A DNA stretch of 64,000 nt from contig CAKKRH010000009.1 of assembly GCA_919902675.1 (NCBI GenBank), forward strand, positions 21,035 to 85,034, written 5' to 3'. The first letter of the stretch is position 1. Each line of letters begins with the position of its first letter. The position numbers and the translations under genes are program-made. Positions 1 through 8,414 of this stretch are shown piece by piece. A model generated the notes under the pieces. It was not told the origin of the DNA. It saw nothing but the letters and a program-made list of their open reading frames with translations, and did no database searches. This stretch comes from Omnitrophica bacterium GWA2_41_15. GTDB lineage: Bacteria; Omnitrophota; Gorgyraeia; Gygaellales; UBA12090.

Positions 1-591
1 ATAAATCCCTAAAAGGAAAAAGGCTCCGGGAGCAATGGTCAGAATCACCAAATTAGTCCAGACCCCAGGCATCACCCGGTAGCCTAAAATAGTGCCAAAG
101 CCCAGCGGCTCGCGGATTAAAGCCATCAAAATCAGCATAAAACTATAACCAATACCATAGCCCAACCCGTCTAAGAAAGAAAGCCAGGGCCCGTTTTTGA
201 TCGCGAAGGCCTCGGCCCTGCCCATCAGGATGCAGTTTGTAATAATCAGGCCGACATAAGGGCCCATCTCTTCACTAATGGGAGGAAAATAAGCCTTCAG
301 AACCCTGTCCACGCAGATGACAAAGGTAGAAATAATCACCATATAAGCCAGCATCCGTACCCGGGAAGGTATGGCATTACGGAAAAACGAAACAAAAAGA
401 CAACTAAAAGCAGTGCATAAACTAACCCCTATCCCCATCGCGATGGCGTTCTCCATACGGTTGGTTACGGCCAGCATAGAGCAGATGCCCAGGACCATGC
501 AGAATGTGGGATGGTCCTGCCACATCCCGATAGTCAAGGTCTTAAACCACTTGGTTTGCTTTATGCTTCTTTTGAGCTGTTTTTTTGGCAT
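1..591 (-). CDS. rnfE: Rnf complex subunit E (RnfE/NqrD family); 3' end runs off the window
   Basis: Manual minus-strand translation from ATG at 591: MPKKQLKRS..MVLGICSMLAVTNRMENA..GPYVGLIITNCILMGRAEAFA, typical RnfE/NqrD motifs. No stop before position 1. Follows rnfC-D-G in canonical order. Confidence 0.8.
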   Translation of the reverse strand, partial: MPKKQLKRSIKQTKWFKTLTIGMWQDHPTFCMVLGICSMLAVTNRMENAIAMGIGVSLCTAFSCLFVSFFRNAIPSRVRMLAYMVIISTFVICVDRVLKAYFPPISEEMGPYVGLIITNCILMGRAEAFAIKNGPWLSFLDGLGYGIGYSFMLILMALIREPLGFGTILGYRVMPGVWTNLVILTIAPGAFFLLGIY

Positions 592-603
592 ATGATGAAA
601 ATC

Positions 604-624
604 AGAAGTTAGAAGTTAGAAGTT
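604..624. repeat. Tandem heptamer AGAAGTT x3 in the rnfG-rnfE spacer
   Basis: Three perfect adjacent copies read directly. The reverse-complement family (TTCTAAC-like) recurs at 49965..49999. Confidence 0.9.
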
Positions 625-659
625 ATGGATAATTCCTCGATCAACTTATAATTTATCAT

Positions 660-1241
660 TTATAACTTCTCACTTCTTAACACGTCCAGCCTCTTTTTAA
701 TTGTCTCATTCAATAGCTTCTCAAGGGCCTTACTGGAACCGGTGGCACCGGTAATCGCGTCTACTTCATTAGCGGCCTTGTCCGCTCCGGAAGGCACAAA
801 ACTTATTTTAGGGATAAACGTCTTGCTTCTGAAGCCTTGCAAATATTCGGGCTCGGCTATCCTGCCGCCCAAACCAGGGGTTTCTTCCTGATACAGTATC
901 CTCAGCACCCTAATAGTCTTTAAATCCGGATTTATGCTGAGTATGCCCTCAATAGTCCCCCATAATCCCGGCCCTTTAAATTTAAAAGCGGTGGTACCGT
1001 CAACAGAAGTATAAAACAGGCTATCCCCCTTCTCTAAAATCTTGACATTTTGATCAAAAAGCTCTAAGAGATTTTCCGGACGGTAAGGAACCTCTAAAAC
1101 ATCCAGGACCGCGGATTTTAATTTCAGTTCTTCGTTTTGGGCGATTCTTTTCGCGGTTAAGGAATTGATTCCAAAAAGCAGACCTCCGGAAACCGTTCCC
1201 ATCGCAACCACAAAAATCAATATTCTTAGAGCGGATTTCAT
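660..1241 (-). CDS. rnfG: Rnf complex subunit G (FMN-binding)
   Basis: 193 aa with an N-terminal membrane anchor and the covalent-FMN motif DAITGATGSS. Lies between rnfD and rnfE. Confidence 0.8.
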   Translation of the reverse strand: MKSALRILIFVVAMGTVSGGLLFGINSLTAKRIAQNEELKLKSAVLDVLEVPYRPENLLELFDQNVKILEKGDSLFYTSVDGTTAFKFKGPGLWGTIEGILSINPDLKTIRVLRILYQEETPGLGGRIAEPEYLQGFRSKTFIPKISFVPSGADKAANEVDAITGATGSSKALEKLLNETIKKRLDVLRSEKL

Positions 1242-2308
1242 TTTTTGATTTTGGGATACTTTACCCCTAACACCAGACGGTCAATCAAAGGGCTGAAGAC
1301 ATTAATCAAAAGCAGGCTGAACATTACCCCTTCCATATAACCGGAAAGTCCGCGGATAAGCACCACCAGAAACCCAAAGAGAACCCCGCAGATCCATTTA
1401 CCGGCTCTGGTAAAAGGGCCGGTTACCGGATCGGTGAGCATAAAAAACGCGCCTAACAACAGGCCTCCGCTGAATATCTGAAATAGTGCAGGAGCAAATT
1501 TGTCCGGGGCAAAAAAATTGCCAATCCCAGCGCAAATCACAACCGATAACAAAGCGCTAAGCGGAAGCCGCCAGTTGCTTATTTTGGCAAAAATCAGGAA
1601 TATCCCGCCGATAAGTATCCCTAAACGGAAGGTCTCCCCAATACATCCCGGACTTCCTCCTAAAAACAGATTCCCGAAATCAGCAATCAGGCGCTCACTT
1701 CTAAAGGCGGTTAAAGGCGTTGCCTGACTGACAGCATCCGCGGAAAATTTTAAGAATCCTCCCGTGCCTTGATTAAAAGGCATGAGCCAGGAAGTAGTCA
1801 TCGCCGAGGGAAAGGCCACGCTCAAAAAAATCCTGCCCACAATCGCCGGATTAAAAATATTCCTGCCGGTTCCCCCAAAAACCTCTTTGCCAAAGACCAC
1901 CCCAAACATCACTCCCAGCGCTGCCATCCAAAGAGGAACATTCGGGGGAAGGATTAAGGGAAAGAGTAAGCCGGTAACCAGAAAACCTTCGTGAATCTCT
2001 TTTTTGCGCGCTATGGCAAAAATAGTTTCCACTAAACCGCCGAAGATGTAAGAAACCGCGATTACCGCTAAAACCCGCAAGCCCCATAAATATACCGCGC
2101 CAAGCGCCACTGGAATAAGAGCGACAATCACCAGGCTCATATAGCGCTTAATATCCATACTATCAAGAATATGAGGCAGAGTGGTAACCTTATCCGTCCC
2201 GAAATATATCTCATCCGCGGCGTTAATCACCGGCTTTAAAAACGCCAAAAGCTTATTTTTTTGGCTCAAATTACGCAAATTATCGAGTCTCTGTCTTAAG
2301 AATTTCAT
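1238..2308 (-). CDS. rnfD: Rnf complex subunit D (RnfD/NqrB family)
   Basis: 356 aa polytopic membrane protein with NqrB/RnfD-like segments (SQATPL, FFMLTDPVT). 4-bp overlap with rnfG. Confidence 0.85.
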   Translation of the reverse strand: MKFLRQRLDNLRNLSQKNKLLAFLKPVINAADEIYFGTDKVTTLPHILDSMDIKRYMSLVIVALIPVALGAVYLWGLRVLAVIAVSYIFGGLVETIFAIARKKEIHEGFLVTGLLFPLILPPNVPLWMAALGVMFGVVFGKEVFGGTGRNIFNPAIVGRIFLSVAFPSAMTTSWLMPFNQGTGGFLKFSADAVSQATPLTAFRSERLIADFGNLFLGGSPGCIGETFRLGILIGGIFLIFAKISNWRLPLSALLSVVICAGIGNFFAPDKFAPALFQIFSGGLLLGAFFMLTDPVTGPFTRAGKWICGVLFGFLVVLIRGLSGYMEGVMFSLLLINVFSPLIDRLVLGVKYPKIKK

Positions 2309-3825
2309 TACAATTCCTTGGGTCCGCGGTATTCTTCAATGCCTTTAAGGTTATCAAAATAAGGCAGGATGCACTGGTTACGGTCACAGCCCTGGATAGT
2401 CAGCTTTTCCTGCCCTTCTCTTATCTGTCTGGCCAGGGGAATCTTGGAAGGGCAAACATAACTACACAGGCCGCACTCAATACAGTTAAATACGCGCAGA
2501 TTCATTAAGGTTTCATCAAGGATATTACACTGAACATATTTGACTAAAAGATGAGGAATAATCCCCACAGGGCAAACCTCTTCGCAGTAATTACAGCTTA
2601 TGCAGGGACGCTCCTCACCGTGTTTATTGGTGTCGCAGGTCTTTTGAATCCTTGGGGAAAGCTTGGCCATAAAGGTATTGGAGTAAGAGTCGCTTTTTAA
2701 CCCCGGATTCAGAAAAGACAAAAACTTTCTTTCGCGGTTTTCCACCAGACCGATTATCTGAGAATAGGTTTTATCTATGGGAAGGTTTAAATCCTTAAGT
2801 TCAAATCCGGTCAAAAGGCCGTTAAGCACAAACCGCGCGCTAAGGCCTTCCTTAACTCTTCCCTCAACTGCCTCTCTTAGAGGAGTGCCGATCCTGGCCT
2901 TGATATGCAGGGGCTCCTTGAATGCCGGGCCGCAAAGAGCGATAGTCCTTTCAATCAGGGGCTTACCCTCAACCACCGCCTCATAACTAAGCAAAACCGC
3001 CTGAAGATTCAAAATCACCGCTCCCACATTTGCCGCGGAATAACCATAGGGGAACTTCTGCTTTAAGATAGTCGCAACCAGCATCTCATCATAGCCTTGA
3101 GGATACTTAGGCTCCAGGGGATAAAGCTCCAGCCAATCATAAGCGGAAGTAAGTTTTTCTATCTCCTCCAGAATTTTCCGGCTGTGGCTGCTTAAAGCCA
3201 GGAACACCCGGGCATTAGGCATAATTTTACGCAGTATCTTTATGCCTTCAATCAGGTTTAATATGTTTTTGCCTTTGAGCAAGAGCTCGCCAGAGATATT
3301 ATACGGCTCTGAACCCACCCCGTGAACAATCAGGCTTTTAGCCTCTTTAGGCAGGATTATCGAACTGCGCATCCGGGTCGGGATGCCTTCCCGGTCAAGG
3401 GCGGTAACCCCGGAAAGGTAAAGTATTTTTTCTATCTCCTCATAAGCAAGGCTTTCCCAATTATTTATGGCTCCCGGCAATTTTTGGTATCGCGGATTGC
3501 CGTCTCCTTTAATTGAAACCATAAGGCAGTCGCGCTTAAAATAATTTACCCTCTTGACCTCTTCCACTACGCCGTTAATGCTGGAATGCACCGGGCTAGA
3601 GACGCCATACTCGCTATGGCCGATAATCTGCCCGGCTAAAACCCCCTCTCCTGCCTTAACCAAGCAGTCTCCTTCCGCGCCAAAACCCTGGCGCAGAGGT
3701 ATGGTAACCCTAAGCGGAACTCTTACCTCTTCTAAGGTATCCTTGGGCTGGCCTTCAAAGTTTATAAATCTGTATCCGCCTGAAAATGTCTTGGATTTTC
3801 GCATCTGGCTTGTTAATAATTTCAC
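2308..3825 (-). CDS. rnfC: Rnf complex subunit C-like, 2x[4Fe-4S]
   Basis: 505 aa. Has an N-terminal barrel-sandwich-like region, a GSEPY segment where RnfC has ECEPY, and two ferredoxin motifs (CISCNYCEEVCP, CIECGLCSYVCP). The usual GGxGFPT nucleotide loop looks degenerate (SGVTALDREGIPT). Confidence 0.75.
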   Translation of the reverse strand: MKLLTSQMRKSKTFSGGYRFINFEGQPKDTLEEVRVPLRVTIPLRQGFGAEGDCLVKAGEGVLAGQIIGHSEYGVSSPVHSSINGVVEEVKRVNYFKRDCLMVSIKGDGNPRYQKLPGAINNWESLAYEEIEKILYLSGVTALDREGIPTRMRSSIILPKEAKSLIVHGVGSEPYNISGELLLKGKNILNLIEGIKILRKIMPNARVFLALSSHSRKILEEIEKLTSAYDWLELYPLEPKYPQGYDEMLVATILKQKFPYGYSAANVGAVILNLQAVLLSYEAVVEGKPLIERTIALCGPAFKEPLHIKARIGTPLREAVEGRVKEGLSARFVLNGLLTGFELKDLNLPIDKTYSQIIGLVENRERKFLSFLNPGLKSDSYSNTFMAKLSPRIQKTCDTNKHGEERPCISCNYCEEVCPVGIIPHLLVKYVQCNILDETLMNLRVFNCIECGLCSYVCPSKIPLARQIREGQEKLTIQGCDRNQCILPYFDNLKGIEEYRGPKEL

Positions 3826-3877
3826 AATCTAAATTTAAATAAAATATGCTGTTTTTGCCGCAAACAGCATAACGGAT

Positions 3878-3906
3878 AAAATAACCCAAAAAACACCCCC
3901 TGTCAA
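3878..3906 (-). promoter_or_regulatory. Candidate sigma70-type promoter for the rnf operon (TTGACA-17-TATTTT)
   Basis: Reverse complement of 3901..3906 is TTGACA. After a 17 nt spacer comes TATTTT. An ATGCTGTTT/AAACAGCAT hairpin follows at 3846..3870. Confidence 0.3.
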
Positions 3907-3929
3907 GCCAAATCGAAAACAACTTGCTA

Positions 3930-5267
3930 TCAGCTAATTCTTTCCGCGATAAGGCCGTCCTTATGAATCTTTAGCGGCCGGACATTAATGATTGTATTTA
4001 CCGAAATCTCCGGACTCTTGCGGAGAAATACCTTGATATAATTTCCGCTGTGGCCGGGTAAAAATCCATCATCCGCGAAGCCGCCTTGCGATTCAACTAA
4101 TACTTCCAGATTTTTACCAATATACTGCCGGCAGAAATCCCGCGCTAATTCCTGAGCCAATTCCCGCGTCTCTTTTATCCTGTCTTTGACCATCTCAGGC
4201 CTCACTGTTGCCGGAAATCTCCAGGCGGCCGTATTCTTGCGCGGGCTAAAAGGAAAGATGTGTATCTTTGCCGGGCGTGTTTCTCTTAAAAAATCAAGGG
4301 TATTCTTAAAATTTTCCTCTTCTTCTCCGGGAAAACCCAGCATAATGTCGGTAGTCAACCCAATATCCGGCACAAGCCTCCTTAGCTTAAGGATTAAATC
4401 ACGGCAATCTTCAACTGATGCCTTGCGGTTCATCAACTTCAATAGTTTATCATCCCCGCTTTGAAAAGGAATATGCAGATGAGGCATCAGCTTCTTAGAA
4501 GAAGCCATCTTTTCTATCAGGCAATCGCTGACATCCAGGGCTTCAATTGAACTAAGCCGGATACGCGAAATCCCGTCAATCTCTTCTAAGGTTTTAATAA
4601 CCTCAACTAAGCCGTCTTTAAGGCCAAGATCCTTTCCATAAGCGCCTAAGCAAATCCCGCAAAGCACTATCTCCTTATAGCCATTCCCGGCTAAACCCCT
4701 GGCTTCCTTAACTATCTCAGCCAAAAGCCGGCTGCGGGAGGAACCGCGTAATTTGGGAATTACGCAGTATGAACAGCCATTATCGCAGCCATCCTGAACC
4801 TTCAAGAAAACCCGGGTATGCTTATGGAAATTGCTGATGGTTGGTTTTTCAGTATCGGCAGGCCCCGTTAGAAGCCTTTTGCTACTTCCAGATTGCTCTA
4901 CAGTTTCCAACGGGGCAGGCGCCAAGCCGCCATCCTTTAAAATAAAATCGGCGAGACAATCCTTCTCTTGGTTACCTAAAACCCCTGTTACTCCCTCCAT
5001 CCGCTTTAGTTTCTCCGGATCGTTTTCCGCGCAACAGCCGGTAACAAAAACCCGGGCCCGAGGGTGAGAGCGATAGAGTTTGCGAATCTCCTCTTGAGAT
5101 AAAGTATCCGCCCTGCGGGTAACCGCGCAGGTATTCACTATATACACATCCGCGCCAAGCAAATCATTATTCTCCCTGAATCCCAGCTCGATCATCCTTT
5201 CCCTGAGAGCCTGGCTTTCATATTGGTTAACCTTACAACCTAAAGTCTTAACCTCAAATGTCTTCAT
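3930..5267 (-). CDS. mtaB: tRNA threonylcarbamoyladenosine methylthiotransferase MtaB (radical SAM MiaB family)
   Basis: N-terminus KTLGCKVNQYESQAL, radical SAM CDNGCSYCVIP, C-terminal TRAM-like region. Confidence 0.8.
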   Translation of the reverse strand: MKTFEVKTLGCKVNQYESQALRERMIELGFRENNDLLGADVYIVNTCAVTRRADTLSQEEIRKLYRSHPRARVFVTGCCAENDPEKLKRMEGVTGVLGNQEKDCLADFILKDGGLAPAPLETVEQSGSSKRLLTGPADTEKPTISNFHKHTRVFLKVQDGCDNGCSYCVIPKLRGSSRSRLLAEIVKEARGLAGNGYKEIVLCGICLGAYGKDLGLKDGLVEVIKTLEEIDGISRIRLSSIEALDVSDCLIEKMASSKKLMPHLHIPFQSGDDKLLKLMNRKASVEDCRDLILKLRRLVPDIGLTTDIMLGFPGEEEENFKNTLDFLRETRPAKIHIFPFSPRKNTAAWRFPATVRPEMVKDRIKETRELAQELARDFCRQYIGKNLEVLVESQGGFADDGFLPGHSGNYIKVFLRKSPEISVNTIINVRPLKIHKDGLIAERIS

Positions 5268-6042
5268 AATATGACGTGAATAAACGCGAAAACGCGATAA
5301 CGCTGATTGCCGCGGTATCTACCTTCAAAACCAAATCCCCCAAAGAGACCCCTATGCAGCCGTTTTCCTTGGCTAATTTGATTTCCCGCCCGCTAAAATC
5401 ACCTTCCGGACCGATAAAAATTATCAATGAAGAGGGCCTGGAATCGCAAAAAATCTCTTTTAGGGATTTATTCCCTGGGCCTAAATGCGGAATAACCGCT
5501 AATTCATAATTCTTAACCTGAGAGACAATTTTGTCAAATCCACTGACCGGCTTGATTTCCGGAAGTTTTATCCTGCCGCACTGCTTAGAGGCCTCAATCG
5601 CGATCGCCTGCCAGCGCTTCAGCTTTTCTTTAGCCTTCTCAGGAGAATATTCAACTATGGTTCTTTCGGTCTTTATAGGTATAATCCTGTCCACTCCCAG
5701 CTCCACGGTCTTTTCAATAATATAGTCCATCTTGACTTTCTTGGGCAGGGCGCAGGCTAAAGTCAGGTCAAGCTTTATAGACAGAGCTTTTCCGGCTCTA
5801 ACTACTGATGGTTCGACTATGCTCACCATCAGTCCTGAGCGAAGTCGAAGAACTGACAGCTCCGCCTTGTCTTTGGCGATATCGTCAATCACGCATTCAT
5901 ACTCCTGGGACTCGCCGTCAAAAACCACCACCCGGTCTCCTTTTTTAAGACGTTTAACCGAGGACAAGTGATGAATCTGGCCGGGGTCTAAAATAATTAT
6001 TCTATTACCGGTTATATTCGCGCGAGGGCAATAGATACGCAT
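5254..6042 (-). CDS. rsmE: 16S rRNA (uracil1498-N3)-methyltransferase RsmE
   Basis: 262 aa. PUA-like N-terminus (HHLSSVKRLKKGDRVVVFDG) and C-terminal SPOUT region (IFIGPEGDFSGREI). Contains an in-frame repeat insertion. Confidence 0.85.
   Translation of the reverse strand: MRIYCPRANITGNRIIILDPGQIHHLSSVKRLKKGDRVVVFDGESQEYECVIDDIAKDKAELSVLRLRSGLMVSIVEPSVVRAGKALSIKLDLTLACALPKKVKMDYIIEKTVELGVDRIIPIKTERTIVEYSPEKAKEKLKRWQAIAIEASKQCGRIKLPEIKPVSGFDKIVSQVKNYELAVIPHLGPGNKSLKEIFCDSRPSSLIIFIGPEGDFSGREIKLAKENGCIGVSLGDLVLKVDTAAISVIAFSRLFTSYYEDI
5805..5856. repeat. 48-bp hairpin element plus CTGA direct repeat, inserted in frame in rsmE
   Basis: CTGATGGTTCGACTATGCTCACCATCAGTCCTGAGCGAAGTCGAAGAA followed by CTGA. 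Differs at one of the first 46 bases from the copy at 9425..9476. Stem CTGATGG/CCATCAG. Translated as SGLMVSIVEPS. Confidence 0.85.
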
Positions 6043-6113
6043 AATAAAAGGAAATGGAAAAACAATTTTGGCAATAATCTTTGTTTAAGATATAATATAG
6101 GAAAGGACTGGTA

Positions 6114-8414
6114 TTGTCAATAATGCCCATCATAATCTTCTGCTTAGGGTTAGGTTCAATTATCTCCCAGCTTGTCTTCCTGCGCGAACTGCAAACCACC
6201 TTTCAGGGGAATGAGCTATCCTTGAGCCTGATACTATTCTCCTGGTTGTTTGGTTCCGGAATAGGAGGCCTCTTAGGATCTTTTCTTTCCTCAAGGAAAG
6301 AAAAGTCTATCCATCCGGATTACCTCAAAAATTTATTAAGCCTCACCCTGCTATTGTCCGCTTTGTGGCTTTTTATCAGCCTGTTCCTCAGCCGCGGCTT
6401 AAAGCCAATTTTATCCATCAGTCCTTTTGAAATACTCCAGCCCGGGCAGATACTGCTGATTTCAGCCATAGTTATAGTCCCTCAAACAATTACCGTGGGA
6501 CTATCCTTCATCCTTATCTGTTCAATTATCCAAAATCCACTCAAGGCTTATCTTTTAGAGGCCCTGGGGGCGTTCTTCGCCGGACTATTAAGCCTTATCC
6601 TGATAAAATATTCTAACAGCTCTCAAATCATCTGGGGAATCGCGATAATTTACACCGCCTCCGGCCTCCTGCTTTTAAATAGAAAACGCCCATATTATCG
6701 GCTCCTGCTAATAATGTGGACCTTCTGCGTTATTTTATCTCTGACCATGCTGACCAAATTCCAGAAGGAGACACAAAATCTGCGCTTTGGGCCCCAAAAA
6801 CTTATTTACTCCACGGATTCCATCTACGCTAATATCGCCATTGTCAGAAACAATAACCACTCCTACAGCCTTTATGAAAACGGTAAGCTCTCCTTCTCAA
6901 CTGAAGACAGCGAATCCATAGAGGAATGGACCCATATGCTTTTACTCAGCCACCCCGCCCCGCGAAAGATTTTGCTTATCGGAGGAGGTGTTTCCGGGGT
7001 CATCTCCGAAATACTCAAACATCCAATTGAATCTATAGACTATCTGGAGCCGGATAAAAAGCTGATAGAAGCTGTCCTGAAACATATCCCCCAAAGCGCC
7101 TCTTATGGCCTTAAAGATAAGAAAATAACTATACATAATCAAGACGCCCGAATTTTCATCAAAACCGCTCCTGACAAGCCAGAGGGCGGTGGTTTGGCTT
7201 CCAATAGCCAAAGCCATAAATACGACTTAATTATTCTAAATTTGGGCGGCCCCTCAAGCCTTCAGTTAAACCGTTTTTACACCAAAGAATTTTTTGAAGA
7301 AATAAAAAAGATCCTAAACCCGGAAGGCAGATTCTGTTTTTCTTTTGAATCTAAAGAAGATATCCTCTCCGGACAACTCCTGAAATATAACACCTGCCTG
7401 TATAAAAGCGCCCAATCGGTATTCCCTTATCTTCAACTTATTCCCGGCGAACGCCTGACCCTGATTGGCTCAAGCCGGGCACTACCCAAGATTGTTCCGG
7501 AAGACTTAAGCCAAAGATTTAAAGAAAGAAACATCCTAACCGCATACTTTACGCCATACCATATCAAGGCAAAACTATTCCGGCAGGAATATATCCAAAA
7601 AAAACTGGAGGAAAATTCTCATATTACCGGCATAAGCCCCGTTAGAGATATGACACCAAAGGTATCTGGACGCCCCGCCTTTGGCGGGGCTATCTCTAAC
7701 GGGGTAAACCGCGATTATCATCCTTTGGGTTTTTTCTCTTATTTGGCCTTACGGGGAAAACAAGGCTGGCTGAATTTCAACCGGATTTGGGAATTCGCCG
7801 GAAAAATAAAACTGATTTATGGCTTTGGCTGTATGGAAAGCCAAACCATTGCCTTACTGGCTTACTGGATTAGCGCGGCCCTAATCCTCGCCGGTTTTGG
7901 ACGCGGGCATATTCTTAATCTGTCCGTCTTTTCCAGCGGCTTTTACGGCATCAGTTTAGAAATAATTATCAGCCTGCTCTTTCAGATAAATCTGGGCTTT
8001 CTTTATTATCGCCTGGGGATGATTGTGGCTAATTTTATGTTAGGGCTTTCCTTAGGGGGTATCCTGTTTATACGCTTAGAGAAAACAGGGCTATCCTGGA
8101 AAAGGGCGTTATTCTTATCGGAAATAGCCTTAGGAATTATTTCTCTCTCTTGCGCGTTTATCTTAAAAGATAACCAACTCGCTTATTTCCTGCTTACCTT
8201 ACTGGTTGGAATTATAATCGGCTTTGAATTCGGGATATTCTACAGCCGCGAAAACACAATTACTGTTTATATTTTAGATTTGTCCGGGGCCTGTCTGGGG
8301 AGCCTGCTCACCGGCTTAATCCTTGTTCCGGTATTAGGCGTATATAACACCTGTTTACTTATTTCATCCGGCAAGTTTATCAGTGCTTTTTTTCTGAGAA
8401 TACAAAAGCGCTAA
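6114..8414 (+). CDS. Polytopic membrane protein fused to a spermidine synthase-like (SAM-dependent aminopropyltransferase fold) domain
   Basis: 766 aa. Has N- and C-terminal TM bundles. The central domain reads ILLIGGGVSGV..DYLEPD..IHNQDARIFI..YDLIILNLGGP..FYTKEFFEEIKKILNPEGRF. This is the only plus-strand gene. Confidence 0.7.
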   Translation: MSIMPIIIFCLGLGSIISQLVFLRELQTTFQGNELSLSLILFSWLFGSGIGGLLGSFLSSRKEKSIHPDYLKNLLSLTLLLSALWLFISLFLSRGLKPILSISPFEILQPGQILLISAIVIVPQTITVGLSFILICSIIQNPLKAYLLEALGAFFAGLLSLILIKYSNSSQIIWGIAIIYTASGLLLLNRKRPYYRLLLIMWTFCVILSLTMLTKFQKETQNLRFGPQKLIYSTDSIYANIAIVRNNNHSYSLYENGKLSFSTEDSESIEEWTHMLLLSHPAPRKILLIGGGVSGVISEILKHPIESIDYLEPDKKLIEAVLKHIPQSASYGLKDKKITIHNQDARIFIKTAPDKPEGGGLASNSQSHKYDLIILNLGGPSSLQLNRFYTKEFFEEIKKILNPEGRFCFSFESKEDILSGQLLKYNTCLYKSAQSVFPYLQLIPGERLTLIGSSRALPKIVPEDLSQRFKERNILTAYFTPYHIKAKLFRQEYIQKKLEENSHITGISPVRDMTPKVSGRPAFGGAISNGVNRDYHPLGFFSYLALRGKQGWLNFNRIWEFAGKIKLIYGFGCMESQTIALLAYWISAALILAGFGRGHILNLSVFSSGFYGISLEIIISLLFQINLGFLYYRLGMIVANFMLGLSLGGILFIRLEKTGLSWKRALFLSEIALGIISLSCAFILKDNQLAYFLLTLLVGIIIGFEFGIFYSRENTITVYILDLSGACLGSLLTGLILVPVLGVYNTCLLISSGKFISAFFLRIQKR
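7637..7704. repeat. 68-bp nested palindrome inside the CDS
   Basis: The outer 14-bp arms CCCCGTTAGAGATA / TATCTCTAACGGGG are perfect. The inner hairpin is GCCCCGC-CTTTG-GCGGGGC. The motif TCTAACGGGGTAAA(CC) recurs at 14209..14222 and 29371..29386. Confidence 0.85.

Noticed and set aside
371-595. 74-aa plus-strand ORF from the track
   Set aside because: It is antisense to a clear RnfE/NqrD-family reading frame that runs off the window edge, so it is a shadow ORF.
5811-5832. tRNA-like fragment, because of the GGTTCGACT T-loop-like core in the 48-bp element
   Set aside because: The sequence following the TTCGACT does not form a T stem or acceptor. Only a simple 7-bp hairpin with a 14-nt loop is possible.
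6005-6199. 64-aa minus-strand ORF in the rsmE / membrane-protein divergent region
   Set aside because: It overlaps the rsmE start and the promoter region and has no motif or RBS. It is more likely a non-coding divergent promoter, since TTGACA-17-TATTAT is readable on the minus strand at 6091..6119.
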